From positions 1,018,585-1,082,584 of the forward strand of contig RDEW01000021.1 in assembly GCA_011109175.1 (NCBI GenBank): DNA of 64,000 nt, read 5' to 3'. Positions 39,958-52,240 of this stretch are shown one piece after another (the first letter of the stretch is position 1; every line of letters starts with the position of its first letter). Under the pieces are notes generated by a model. The model had not been told where the DNA came from. It saw only the letters and a program-made list of their open reading frames with translations, and searched no databases. The translations under genes were made by a program, and so were the position numbers. The DNA is from Dicyema japonicum. Lineage: Eukaryota > Animalia > Dicyemida.

Positions 39958-40139
39958 AGGAATAATATGTCACATGGCCTGGTTACGTATGCGTAGACGG
40001 TCCAATCGAATATTTTTGAATATTATGATTTTATTTTTTATGGTGGCAACCCTAAATTTATAGCGTGATTTCAAGCGTGTGTCAGAATATTTTTAGTGGC
40101 TTCATACAGAAGTTTCGTGAAAGATAGTTTGGAATATTA

Positions 40140-40620
40140 AATTTTGAAAGATACCTTGCAAAATAAATTCCCTAAACATCTTATGAGGAAAGGAAAATAT
40201 GAGCTACTTAGAAAATTCATAATTTTAGTATAATCAGTAAAAGGTATTGTACATTTGTTATTATCAAAAGGGTTTTTCTCAGATTTACAGATCCGAAATT
40301 AGTCATATCCCTTGATACTCAACTGAAATGTAGATCATGGCAAAAATCCTACACGAGTGTTCACACGTAGGAGTCAACTTAATCGAATGTGAATGTGGAC
40401 AACTGTATTTTACTATTAATGATGACATTATTAGTAAAGTCATTCGAAAGTGGGAAGTTTGTAAATTTTCACATCTCTAAAAAGCTTTAGTTTCTTTTAA
40501 TTGTTGATTAGAGATATAAATCACCATTTTTTGCTTCTTAGACCAATGAAAGATTGAACGCAAATCATTGTATGTACTCACATTCCGGAATTTGCCTCCA
40601 CGAGTAGGGAGCAATGCTTT
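40140..40620 (+). mobile_element. Possible integrase (H2C2 zinc-binding) remnant, Ginger/Gypsy-like
   Basis: ILHECSHVGVN...YFTINDDIISKVIRKWEVCK resembles HxxxxH...CxxC. Heavily degraded. Confidence 0.4.
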
Positions 40621-40924
40621 GCTCCTATACTCATCGTATTCCTAATATGAAGTATTTATTGCATGTTATTTCTAAACAGTAATTGAAATTTTATGTTGGT
40701 TTTTTTTATTTAACAACCAAAGACCAATGTAAAACGAAACTAATTAACATGTGATCCCAATACATTCCAACAGCGACCTCATCTTTTTCTAATGAGTCTG
40801 AAATGAGGTTTGTTAAAATCTCGTTATTTGTTGTGGTTGTTGTAGTGCTAAGAAGAAAGAAGAGGAAAGAACGGAAAATCAGAAAAGAACATGCAGAAAT
40901 CTAATCAGGCCAAGTCTGACTCTG

Positions 40925-41760
40925 TTCAGCGGAGGTCTGGACGGACTGCGCCCAGCCATATAGAGGACTTAACCTCCGAAGCTACTGCTGAAGTCGGCCG
41001 TGCCTTGTTAACGTCTATCACCTTGCTGCTCACTCGAATAGTTAATGGTGATATTCCAAAATTTGCTAAAGATCTTTTTTGTGGACACCTTTTGGCATTC
41101 CAAAAAGGAGATGGCGGTGTACGCTCAATTGCGATCGGTACATACTTTCGAATGCTTGCTGCTATATCGCTGCCCGGAGAGTCTCCCAAAATGTTGCTGA
41201 AAAGCTGTTTCCGACTCAACTTGGGATGTGAGTGACCGGCGGTTGCGAGGCAGCCTGATATATCAATTGCCTTTAACACGCTGAGGAGAGACTGTATTTT
41301 GGAAACCTGTTGGAAGAGACCTCCAGAGATTGGCCGACTTGTACATTTATCGTATGGGACGGACTCAGCCTTAGTTTACGGAAACGATTTCGTTTATTCA
41401 CGCACAGGCGTTCAGCATGGAGACCCTCTAGGGCCTTTGCTTTTTGCAATCACAATTGACACAGTGGCACGAAACATAAACAGCAAACTCAACCTGTGGT
41501 ACTTGGACGGCGCCACAATAGCTGGCCAATGGGAGAACGTATATCAGGATATTTCTTCAACAATTCCAGCTCTAAATCAATTGGGTTTAAGTGTCAATGT
41601 TATGAAATCGGAACTGATCAATATTTCCTGCTCATCTCCAAACTTCTCTACTGCCTGCCAAGAATTCAGATCCCTACTCCCGGGTTTCAGCATATATTCC
41701 TTGGACAAGGCACACTTCCTCGGCTGCCCTCGGAAACAACAAGGTGGAAAACTGCCTTAC
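40925..41760 (+). mobile_element. CRE-type LINE RT fragment
   Basis: QKGDGGVRSIAIG, TGVQHGDPLGPLLFAI, LNLWYLDGATI, FLGCP. Confidence 0.9.
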
Positions 41761-42129
41761 CAGTAAGGATAATGAAGTTGAAGCCTATACAAAGAGAGTA
41801 TCATCTTAAAATATGTATCTTTTGTCTACCTATCAGATACACTATTTGTGTTTATTTCAAGCCCAATGCTGCGATAATTATTTGTCTACATATCATATTC
41901 ATCCCTGAGGAAGCCATGAAAACGTATTTTCAAAAGTGATATCAATTTCAGATAATTGTCGAGCATTTGGCTTCAAGTCAACACAGAGAATGTGAAGTGG
42001 TTAACTTGAACATGAGTGTGAAATTAATATTGATTTTTGCATTTGGAATAAAGTCGAATTTTATCTAAAATATCTCCTGTTTCTCAAGTGTTTTTCAATT
42101 CCGAAGTTTCCTTTGTTATGAAGAAGACA

Positions 42130-42830
42130 TCATATCTCTACTTGATGATGAAGTTGAGTAAACCATTTAAGCGATTTTAAATATACGTTTTGATGACTAC
42201 GGATGGTTTCAGGCAACTCTGTTTGTTGGTTTTGGAAGATTGGGATTAAGTGCATATTTTTTCTCTTAGATCTACGAAAAATTTAATGAATAAGGTCTTC
42301 AATTTCTATTCCAGACTGAATGACACTATCTGAAGCTGTGGATATGTGGAAGGTCTATCTCTTAATATTTCGGAGGGCGGCGCTAATCAGAAAGCGTAAT
42401 CTAGAGGTGTCTGAAAAAAGATGAAGCATCCTGAGAGTATTTGGAATGCGAGAAGAATTGGATGTCTCAAAACGGGTAGCTGCCATTCAGCAAGTACATG
42501 AGTGAACGTTTATCCTTGTGCCGAGATTGACAACCTGCTGGATAATGAGACAGTGAGAATAGTCGCTTCGCTACGTCTTAATCTTAAAGTGTGTAAAAAT
42601 GTCGTCAGTCCATATGGCAACCATCCACTGTCGTGCAGGTTGACCTCCGGCCTTTCTCAGCATGATGTTGAAAAATGCACTTTCCTATGCTGTTCACCAC
42701 TGCATTTTGGAGCCGACTGCTCTCACTCGAATGGATGGCAAATACCCAGACGGGATGACAAAATTCCCTTTTGCTAATAGTCGGAACCTGGTTTTGGACT
42801 CTACGTGTTTGATAGTTATTTTCCGAAAAT
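42130..42830 (+). mobile_element. CRE-type LINE degenerate 3' fragment
   Basis: LLDNETVRIVASLRL, HPLSC, LEPTALTRMDGKYPDG, LVLDSTC. Confidence 0.75.
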
Positions 42831-42959
42831 TTTCCCGGACCCAGTTCATGCTTCTAAGCAAGTCAAAAATCAATCCCCGAAAACATGCTAATAACCATTT
42901 TCTCGCTTCATTTGTTTTTAAAAAAAAATTCTCAGTTTGATGTGTAACCTCTTGTAGTG

Positions 42960-43420
42960 ACTAGATTAAATAACTTTATTGACGAAACTTTCTATCTCAA
43001 AATCGAAAAGTATTTCCCTCAAGATTTTTAAGGAAATTCGCTCAATGAACAACTCATCCGTTTTCCTCCTCGCAATAAGCGATCCAATCTGATTCAACAA
43101 GATTAATGATTCACTTTTAATGACTCTTGATGTTTCGAAAGCGACTATTTCAAAAATGAACTGTCCACAGAAACTTTCGTATTTCTTTTTCTTAAGGCTC
43201 ATCCTGAGTTGGTTGCTGTACGGGAAAGATTACAGGAAAGAATCTATCCACACAGGTGGCATCCTAGGCTTTCCCTAGAGAGAGTTGACAAGTCTTTTTT
43301 GACTAAAACCAATCCAAGAGGATCCAACTGACAGAGAATCCAGTATTCTTCCCAACGCAATAACTCAGTTAATGGCTCTGTGCCTCGGACATCTGCGTTC
43401 GTTAAGCAGGAGAGGGCTTT
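42960..43420 (-). mobile_element. CRE-type LINE REL fragment
   Basis: DATCVD, KKKKY, VAFETS, ERISL. Confidence 0.7.
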
Positions 43421-44199
43421 AGCTTAGAAAATAGATTAAGAAATTCAAAAGTTAATAATAAATATAAAATATAACCAATCGAACTTTTTTGATAACAAAT
43501 ATTTTAGCATCAATGGAAGTGATTATAAATTAGTGAAAATAATTCAAATAATTGATTTATAAAATCTAATATTTGTTGAAAAACTAAGAGTATCTATCAC
43601 TGAGTTACAATGTTCAGAGTGAATATCATTAAATTATTTGGGAACAAATTATGATTATACTGTCGGACGATTCCTTAAAATCACGGAATCCAAAGTTTGA
43701 TTTATCTCGAACGAAACACTTAGAATTTTAAATTTCGAAATCGGAGTTAATAAATGTTCACAACTACAATTCTGAATAAGGAAAAGGATCTTAGTTATTT
43801 ATTATTGCTCCACAAAAGTATGTTTGTTGGATTCTAGGATATATTAAAGAAACACAAGATGCTATAAATCCCAGAAAATACGAGTCAATGATATTGTAAT
43901 GATTAGTATTATGAGTCAAATGAATCAATGAAGAGAAATACCATATTTCTTGAGAGCTTTTCATTGAAATCTTGGATCTAAATTGATGAATACAGTCAAT
44001 GTCACTTACAGTAAAGATCAACGGATTCTTGATTAAAAATGTGGCACTCAAGATGGAGATATACTGGGAACTTAATATCTTTGTGCATAAACGATTTAAG
44101 TTATAATATTAGTCTTGAAAATTTCCGTAAGCTATTAAAACGTATTTATGGCTGACTAATTTCAAAACTTTAACTAATCGTTGAAGGGAGGAACCAAAA

Positions 44200-44390
44200 A
44201 ATTTCTTTAACTTTTATAGCGTGTGGGTTCTATTCAGACGATTTGGTTCAGCAGTGAAGTATTAACTGAAGACGGCGTAACTCTTTATGCCCAAAGCATC
44301 ATAGATGCGTGAACCTTAGCCAGAATGTACATTAGCGGAATTCAAGCCCGAAACCATAATGACTTTCTTAGCACACGGCTATTTGCTATC
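44200..44390 (-). mobile_element. tRNA-derived SINE family A, copy 4 (degenerate)
   Basis: Shares gcagtga..actga..acggcgt..aaagcatc.tagatgcgtgaacctt. Confidence 0.65.
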
Positions 44391-44609
44391 GTTAAAGGCA
44401 ATTAGATTTATCCATTATTATTAAAAAACTCCCGAGAAATATAAAATTAATTAAGTTTCCCTTGTGCCGTATTAGAAATACCTGGATTGCTGAACAAATT
44501 TATGATTCTTATTCGACAGACAACATTTATGAAAAATTTTGAACAATCGACTTTTGACATATCTGTTTTGCAGACACACTCCTTGACAAGAGCATGAGCA
44601 TTTTAGTAT

Positions 44610-44845
44610 AAAATTAAATTTATTCCAAAGAACAAGGGTAACCAAACCAACTAACTCTTGATCTTGACTCGTTCCAGCCCTCCAGAACCTGTCTTCAGGC
44701 CACGACATTGTCCCACGGGGAAGAATATTTGGATCCTCTTGATGCCGTCCAGGTATTGGGCGTCTCCTAAGGTGGATCCATTGACACCATCAGAGGGAAG
44801 GAAACTAATTATTGACCAACTAGCCACATAGCACCACATGGCGGC
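44610..44845 (-). mobile_element. Short element family B', copy 2 (pseudoknot at 44730-44788)
   Basis: Leader ccatgtggtgctatgtggctagttggt. P1 ggtgtc/gacgcc, P2 tggatcc/ggatcca, P4 atacc/ggcat, J4/2 caaga. Confidence 0.75.
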
Positions 44846-44939
44846 TCGCAGTAACTAAGCAATTGTATAAAAATTTATTAACCATTTGGAAGTCAAAAGA
44901 CAAAAAAGTGAAAATAAAAAAATACAACTCATTATTACA

Positions 44940-45290
44940 AAGAAGTACAATAGTGGAACCTGGGGGCTCTTAAACAAGAAACCCTTAGTTTAAACAGCTA
45001 TCACAGATAACAATTACGGAAAGAACTTTATTTACCAAATGAAAGTATCAAACTCGAATTAATATTACTGTAGCAAATCTCACGAACATCAATAGATAAA
45101 TTCAAGATGAAGGCTCTTTGGCATATCCTACGAATGGAAATAGACACTCATACAAATATTGCAATTGAAAACATATTATGCGCAATTCGGAAGAGCATTC
45201 CATCGGAGGCCAATAAAACACTACTATCTATTTTTAACCAGGAACTTAAAATATTGGAAAGAAACTTGAAAATAAAATTTCAATTTACGT
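44940..45290 (+). mobile_element. RTE-type LINE degenerate 3' fragment
   Basis: YNSGTWG, SR*RL(F)GHILRME. Confidence 0.6.
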
Positions 45291-45749
45291 ATGGGTAATT
45301 TTTATTCTTTGTGGATATATGAAGCGTTGTACGTGAACGAGATGTTTCTAAGAATTCCTCCATAATGATGTCGCGTCTTGCTCCATTCTTAGAACAGTTT
45401 CCAGTGCTCATCGTGATCAGGATGCTCAGAAATCTAGCCGAGCATTTTTTTGTACAATTTTCCAATCCTGAAACGCATTGGATACTTCAGTCCCAAGAGA
45501 AACCTAAGTTTCTTTCTATGAAAGGAGTCGTCTATTTCCATCAGTTTTCGATTAATGTTACAGGGGACCAAAACTGGTGAGGGTTTTCGACAACCTCTTC
45601 TCTACCGTAATTTTTATTAATCCCATCAATGCGAACAGTTCTATAAATCATTTGCCAGAATTAGCGGTATTTCATTTATATGCCAAAATTGACGTTAATT
45701 GCGTCTACTACTCGTATTGATTTGTCGGATTATAATTAAATTGATTAAC

Positions 45750-47480
45750 TGCTTCCTGTACTTTCGGTTTTTTGAGGGCCGTGGAAATTTTCAGTTTTTA
45801 AGGACAAAATTTTAACACGCAGTTGAGATTTACGATCGCAAGGCCAATGCTTTGGAATAGCCAATCTGGGTTCACTACATGTTTCGCAAGTAGTCTGATT
45901 GTTTTGTCATCTCCATAGTAATGGGGTGAAGCACCACAGACGTCTCTACAAGAATCAGAGTAAGATAAACCTTTTTTCTATTCTCTAGAATCTTATTGCT
46001 TCGATGCAAAGCGTTTAGAAAAACTCAATCACGTGTAAGTATCTATAGTAAGTTTGATTATTAGCTCCGTATCATGACTAATTTTGTCTCTTGTAAATGA
46101 TCCCTAGCAGTTGCTTGGTGCTCGTCCTATTGCCAATCAAAGTCACAGAAGAATATGTCTGCAATTGATGACATTTGCACCTATATTTTTAGGCACTCTC
46201 AAACATGTCTATCCCTTAAAGATCCGGAGCTATTTTTGGCGAAGAACTCAAAAGAAAGAAATAGCTATATTGAAAGGTAACTCAGTCCAATATGAGAGCG
46301 GCAATTTATTTGCAAAAGTGAAGATCTCTGGAAGATGCTAATCTCTGAGATTTTCCTTAATAATCGTAGACTATACCATTTCCCATTGTTCTGAAGAGAA
46401 CGCTTGAAAATATGCTCATTGAACATAAGCATGGGATGAAGGTATACGATGAATAGTACGGCTCTGCTACCTCCCAACTTGTAGAACTGGTATGCCGTGA
46501 GGACATCATACGGAACTCCAACAGAGACATTTCGACTGACTCTGATGTGGAGATGAGGAATAAGAGAGAGTTGGTAGCACACTCTTCTAATAGAATGAGA
46601 CGGGGTTACCATCGATCTGGAATTATTATTATTCAAAGCCAAAAATCACCGACAAATTAAATAACTACATAGCCGTCTAATAATTCCGGCCTCTCTTGCT
46701 TGGTGTTCCTCCCGTGTTCCAACTCATTTCCGGATTGGGCGGTGGTTTCTCTCTTTTTTGGGTGGTAGTAAGGCTCCGGTTTTCCTCAACAATTCCTCGA
46801 ATGGTGTAGGGTTTAGTGGTGTCAGTGAAAACCTTTGCAGAGCCTTACTGGCCATTTTTTGAAATGTATTAATTTTTTCTATATTCGCGTTTGATAGTTT
46901 GGTTCCCCATACAGAACACCCATAAGTTGGTGACGGTTGAATGTACTAGCGAGTCCAATTTTTGAGTTGAAACACCTTTTATATTGTCCAAGGAGTGTTT
47001 TAACAAAATTTAGCTTTCGTTGTGCCGAGGAGATGATGTTTAAATATGGAAGAATAAACAAGGTTATAATCTTTCAAATTAAATTAGTATTTAAACTAAA
47101 AACCAATAAGCACTAAGATTGTAGTTCGGAAGGAGGCAATTTTGGCGAAGTAACCAATCTACTATCTTGAGTGCTTACTACAAAATCAAGATTTGTTGAA
47201 CTTTTTTGCTCGAATCTTAATATAAATTGATTTAACATTAAATTAAAATATTTTACCTTTAAGAGTAATCTCAGTTGAAAGATTATGTCCAGACAAAAAA
47301 CACAGTGCACAAAATTATTCCAGGGCATAATTATTTAAAAATCTTGTAAAGCCTTTGAATTTTCCAACCATCGTTATTGTAGCTATTGACAGTAGATTTT
47401 CTAATGGAATGCTATTTTCGACAAAATAATTTCGGATGAGACCCAAATATCTGAAAAAATCAATTTCAGTGATGCAACAG
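45750..47480 (-). mobile_element. Highly degenerate LINE RT C-terminus, possibly with RNase H
   Basis: FRYLG and AQRKLNFVKTLLG pieces. The RNase H assignment is weak. Confidence 0.35.
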
Positions 47481-47959
47481 GCACTGACTCTCCAGTCGTA
47501 TGGGAATTGAATTTTTGTTTAATTAAATAAAACCTTTTAATCTATTTTCATTAATACTATTTACTTTCTATAAAAAAAATCTATAATTAAAATCGGGGGA
47601 CGACCTGGACAAATTGAGATCACTCGCATTTGACAGAGGAAGATGGAAAAGACTAACTATAAATATTGTTTCTTTGAGTGTTGCACATACGGGGCTATAA
47701 TCATTATAACTTTCGTGAAAGTGCCTTAATAATAATTGAAAATCTCACCGCTTAAGTGGAGAACCAATGGACTAAATTTTGACCTAAACGCTGAAAAGTT
47801 GAAACCGAAAAATTTATGATTGTAGCAGAAATCGAGGAGAGTGGAAGGGATGGCATTTAATATTCACTTTTTGGATTGCAATCACTTCATGTGAATTTGT
47901 GGGTTTAGTGAATTATAAAAATTAAGCACACAAAAAATTTAATAAAGTACAAAAAATGT

Positions 47960-48640
47960 TAACCAATAAAGGAATCCTATTGTAAAAAGTCAAAGTGATC
48001 AACAAAATTAATTAAACATTGAATTAAAAGCGGTATTTGCCTAATTAAATCAATACAAAAACTCAAATTCATCAAAAATATTTCTATGAAAGTTGAATGT
48101 AAGCAAGAATATTCTCCTAAATCTTACTTAAAAAATAGAAGTTTGGTCCTCAATTGAGGAGAATATTAGTTCTAAATTTAATAAAAATAAAACTGATTAA
48201 TTCTTATTTTCCGAATAAACTCCAAAGTGTAGTCAAATTTTAATGAAATATTCAATGGCTGTACACTTGTATTAAATAAAAATAAACGTTTTGGCTAGTA
48301 GATAAGCTGAACATCTAAAATAACACTTGAAGGGGCAATCATCTCAAGACAGCATATAATACTGCATTCACACATGTGTTAGGTTGTTGAATCAAAAAAT
48401 AATATAAATAGTCTCGATATTTAATTTCCACACATCGATATCAATTTCAGAGGGTAGTTCAAATCGGCCTGAAATATCAGTGAGTAGTCGTTAGATCGTA
48501 GTTGTAAAATCTATTATAATTAATTTAAATACCTCAAATGGGTCATTTCCTCTGTATTCTAATGATAACCAAGTAGTGAAGTCCTAATTTATATTATATA
48601 TTAACTTTTCGTGATTTCCACGATAATTAGTACGACTCAT
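47960..48640 (-). pseudogene. MOB4/phocein-like gene, micro-introns, disrupted
   Basis: RTNYRGNHEKDFTTW (cf. RRNRPGTKAQDFYNW), ELPSEIDIDVWK (cf. EPPEGQDEGVWK), KCTAIEY (cf. ECPAIDY), RRIFLLTFNFHRNIFDEFE (cf. RIFSHAYFHHRQIFDEYE), in the correct order. ~22-nt introns and in-frame stops. Confidence 0.7.
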
Positions 48641-49799
48641 TGTAAGCAAGTTTTATATTTAAATAATTAATATTTTATTATTAAATTTTATTAAATTTAT
48701 TACTATTTCAACAGGACATCTGGTCGAAAATCCAAAACTGTAGCCCAAAAAGAAAAACTTAACAAAAAAATTATGGAAAGAAATTCACATCAGATCAGGT
48801 GCATGAGACAATCATCCATGTGGGAAAATGTTCATGGCTGTTAAGCAAGGATCAACTAAAACTAATTTAAAAAACTAGGTCGAACGTGTTCACTTTGTAT
48901 AAGACACTAAACGCTCCGTTACCCTCATCATAGCCGCCATTTAAAAAATACAATCTATAGGGTAACATCTTACCTTCTTCACAGTTCCAAGGGGAGCCTC
49001 GTTCACTTTATAATCCATTGACTGATTCTGAAATTTGAAAGGTCTCAGAAGCTTGAATAATAACAGAGCACGTGGCTCTAACATTATTTATAAAGAACTA
49101 CTAAAATACGCATTAAGATTCTGTGTCCAGTAGACATTTCAACTGGGATATTATTCCCGTACAAAAACCTGTAAAATGAAAGGCCCTGATATCCATAGTT
49201 CTGTTAACGTATCTGTGACAAACCTTATCTATTTAATATCGTTCAGGGACATCATTGCATTGTGGCTATATGACAAAGGCAATGAAAAGTGATGTACATT
49301 CTGAGACTCGACTTTTAAAGGCTTTCGATTCTCATTGTCAGAATAAACTACTGCTTGTTCTCAAGGATATTATTGACGAGGACTGCCAAAGAATTATAGA
49401 TTTTTGCTTGCGGATACTTTTCAGTAGGTAAAGGTCAGTAAAATTATTAGGATAAGTTCACGGCCAGGGTTAATGGTTAGTGAAGGTTCATAAAAAAGTT
49501 TTGTTCGCTTCTGGAAGATGGTGAGGATATTACTGACAAATTAGCTGGCATTTTGTCTAATGAAGATTATGTTTTCTGAAGCGTAGAGAGCACTTGTCAA
49601 AGAATCACTGGACATGGCTATTTAATGCGTCAGTAAACTTTACTGTACAATTCAGGAACGTGGCGAACGCAGATCTTAGTGGATTTGACGGATACCACAG
49701 AAATCAGATCAAAAAAATAGGATCATCGATTAACTTAATACATTATACAACATGATTGGTAGGTATCTTTGGCATATACTCCTTATGGATATAGTGATT

Positions 49800-50960
49800 C
49801 CATGTGACCTCATTGTGGATAATTTTTCAAACTGGCGATAAGCCGTCCATTAAAGTCTCTAATATTGTCAGTAGACTTGGAATATTACCCTGCTGCTTCT
49901 AAGGAAGTTACTATTCTACATCTGAATATTAATGGAATCTATCGTAAACGGAATGTACTCATGCTGTTTCTGACCATCACAATCTGGACATCGTTTTTCT
50001 TAAGAAACTTGTATAATTCATTAAAAAACCAACACCAAGATTCAAAGGATTCTCCTGTATAAGTACAGAACAAACGAATGGCTCAAACGGTTGAGGTGCG
50101 GGATTCATTTCACTAACACAACATACATCACACGTGCTTTAAAATACCTTCTTATATCTCACCTTATGTTTTACTTAGCACATATCTTTAAAAAATAAGA
50201 ATCCTATCCTTTTGTCTATCAATTCCATTCGAATCAATACATCTGGAAAATTTTTATCAATTACAAAAGAGGGAATTGGGGTGAATTTCAACAATTAACG
50301 GAATCCAACTTCAATTTTTTTTAGAAAATTTAAATTCGATGAAGTCTGAATGACTCTGAAATGTTTTAATATAGAAAATGGATTCCAAAGGGGTGCACTC
50401 CTGGGACTAAACATTTTTTCAGATATGAGATGATATCTCTGATAAAACAAAGACGGGCTATGAAAAAAAGGAACAGCTCTGATACGCATTTCTGTAACAA
50501 ACATTTTGCCATTTCTAATCGAGTCCACAAAAAGAAAATTACATTTCAGCCAAACTGAAAAGAAATTAAAACAATCATAATGGAAGTGTAATCTAATTAA
50601 AAATGTTACAAGTCATCAGCGAGAGGAGTCATCCCTATTCTGAGACCGATAAAAAAGTCCACACAATACAGGATCTTTCCCGACTTTTTCTCTTCTTTAT
50701 GCCACTTCCAAAATTTGGGGGAAACTCGTGCTTAACTACATCTATCAATTTATTAATCTATCAAAATCACAACATGGCTTTCGTCCACTACATTCCACTA
50801 CATTAAAGTGTGAAATGTTGGAGGAACCTATCCAAATTCCTCATTCTCTATTAGCCTCAATATCCGACAAAGTTAACTACCAAATCTTTCCAAAGAGCAT
50901 TAAACCGAAAAATCAAATGACTTGATTTACCTGTCATGAAATCTTAAAAGCAACCTCAAT
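49800..50960 (+). mobile_element. Degenerate APE-LINE with decayed 2A motif
   Basis: LILSVDLEYYPAA followed by ILHLNINGI. Downstream LSKSQHGFRPLHSTT (RT). Confidence 0.6.
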
Positions 50961-51261
50961 ACGCCAGAGTCCATAACCACAATGGAACTGATTGCAGGAG
51001 ACAGCTCATTAACACAAAAAGGAATGATCGATTGTTTTCAAAAAGAAAATATTACTCTGACACATGGTTCCATTTCTAATAAATTAAAAAATTAGGTGTA
51101 CGAGAAAGAGATTAAAGAGAAAATTGAAAGTCATAACTACAGATGAAAATTTGATGCTAAAACGAGAATTTGGCACCAGACTTTCTACAAATAACAGAAG
51201 ACTTTTGTTTTTGATATTCTTTTTCTTTCGTACATATACTGCTACAAAAAATTTAAAATTT

Positions 51262-51420
51262 TATATCAATTAATACATTTTTTATATTGATCAATACATT
51301 TTTTTATATCAATTAATACATTTTTTATATTGATCAATACATTTTTTATGTTAAGAAATACATTTTTTATATTTGTTGATTATTTTTTTATATTTGTTGA
51401 TAATTTTTTTATATTTACTA
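51262..51420. repeat. AT-rich minisatellite, ~21-23-bp units
   Basis: Repeated aatacattttttatat / ttttttatatttgttgat units. Confidence 0.85.
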
Positions 51421-52039
51421 ATAAGTTATTATTAAGGGTTATTAGTAATAACCCTACAATTTCTTTAACGAATTCCCAGAGAATTGTGGCAACCCAAAAA
51501 AGACCGTTTTCCGTGTAAAAAACTGGATCAAAGGCGATCTAAATTCTACACCTACAACCTTGGAAGACCTAGTAAGAAGAATAGGAGGTCAAACTCAACG
51601 ATACCTAAGATCAATCGTCCACTGTGTGGTTGTGTTGGATCGAGAAGAACACCGGACGAGTTGAGAGTCTTATTGGAATTCGCCGGGATCACATAATTTC
51701 CTGTTTTGTCTTTAAAAAAAATTTCATTTCAATTTCAATTCAAGCCAGTAATAATAGCTCTCATATTTAACATTCATTTAACACGAATCGCCTAATTATG
51801 GTAAAAATCATTCATTATACTGATATGCAAACAAGACAAACCAATCAACGAGTTACTATCCTATCTATTAATCACCAAACGGAGTCCGTGTCATCACTTC
51901 TTATTTTGTATCTGAGCTGTGTGTTATCGTCCATACTTCATGCTAATACAATTTCTATTTGGATTGTCCAACTACTACTTTATGCGAAAATTTAGTAAAT
52001 TGGATTAGGATTTCCGAAGTGAACGATCTCTGTTATCAG

Positions 52040-52240
52040 TATGACAAGTGGCCGCTTCCAGCCTCACTTGTCTCATTAAAGATCCCCTCCCATCGTCTTA
52101 GACCATCTTTGCTTGAACATAACGCATGGTGACATCTGATCTGACAGTCGTGGGTTCGAATCCGTGAGGCGAAATGAACTTCTGGAATGACACAGTTGTT
52201 TAAAGAGATCTTTCTTGCCTTCTCCCTGACCAACTCCACT
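52040..52240 (+). repeat. Interspersed repeat family C with internal B-box
   Basis: gcttccagcctcacttgt.tcattaaagatccc recurs at 63958-64000. ggttcgaatcc lies at ~52153. Confidence 0.6.
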
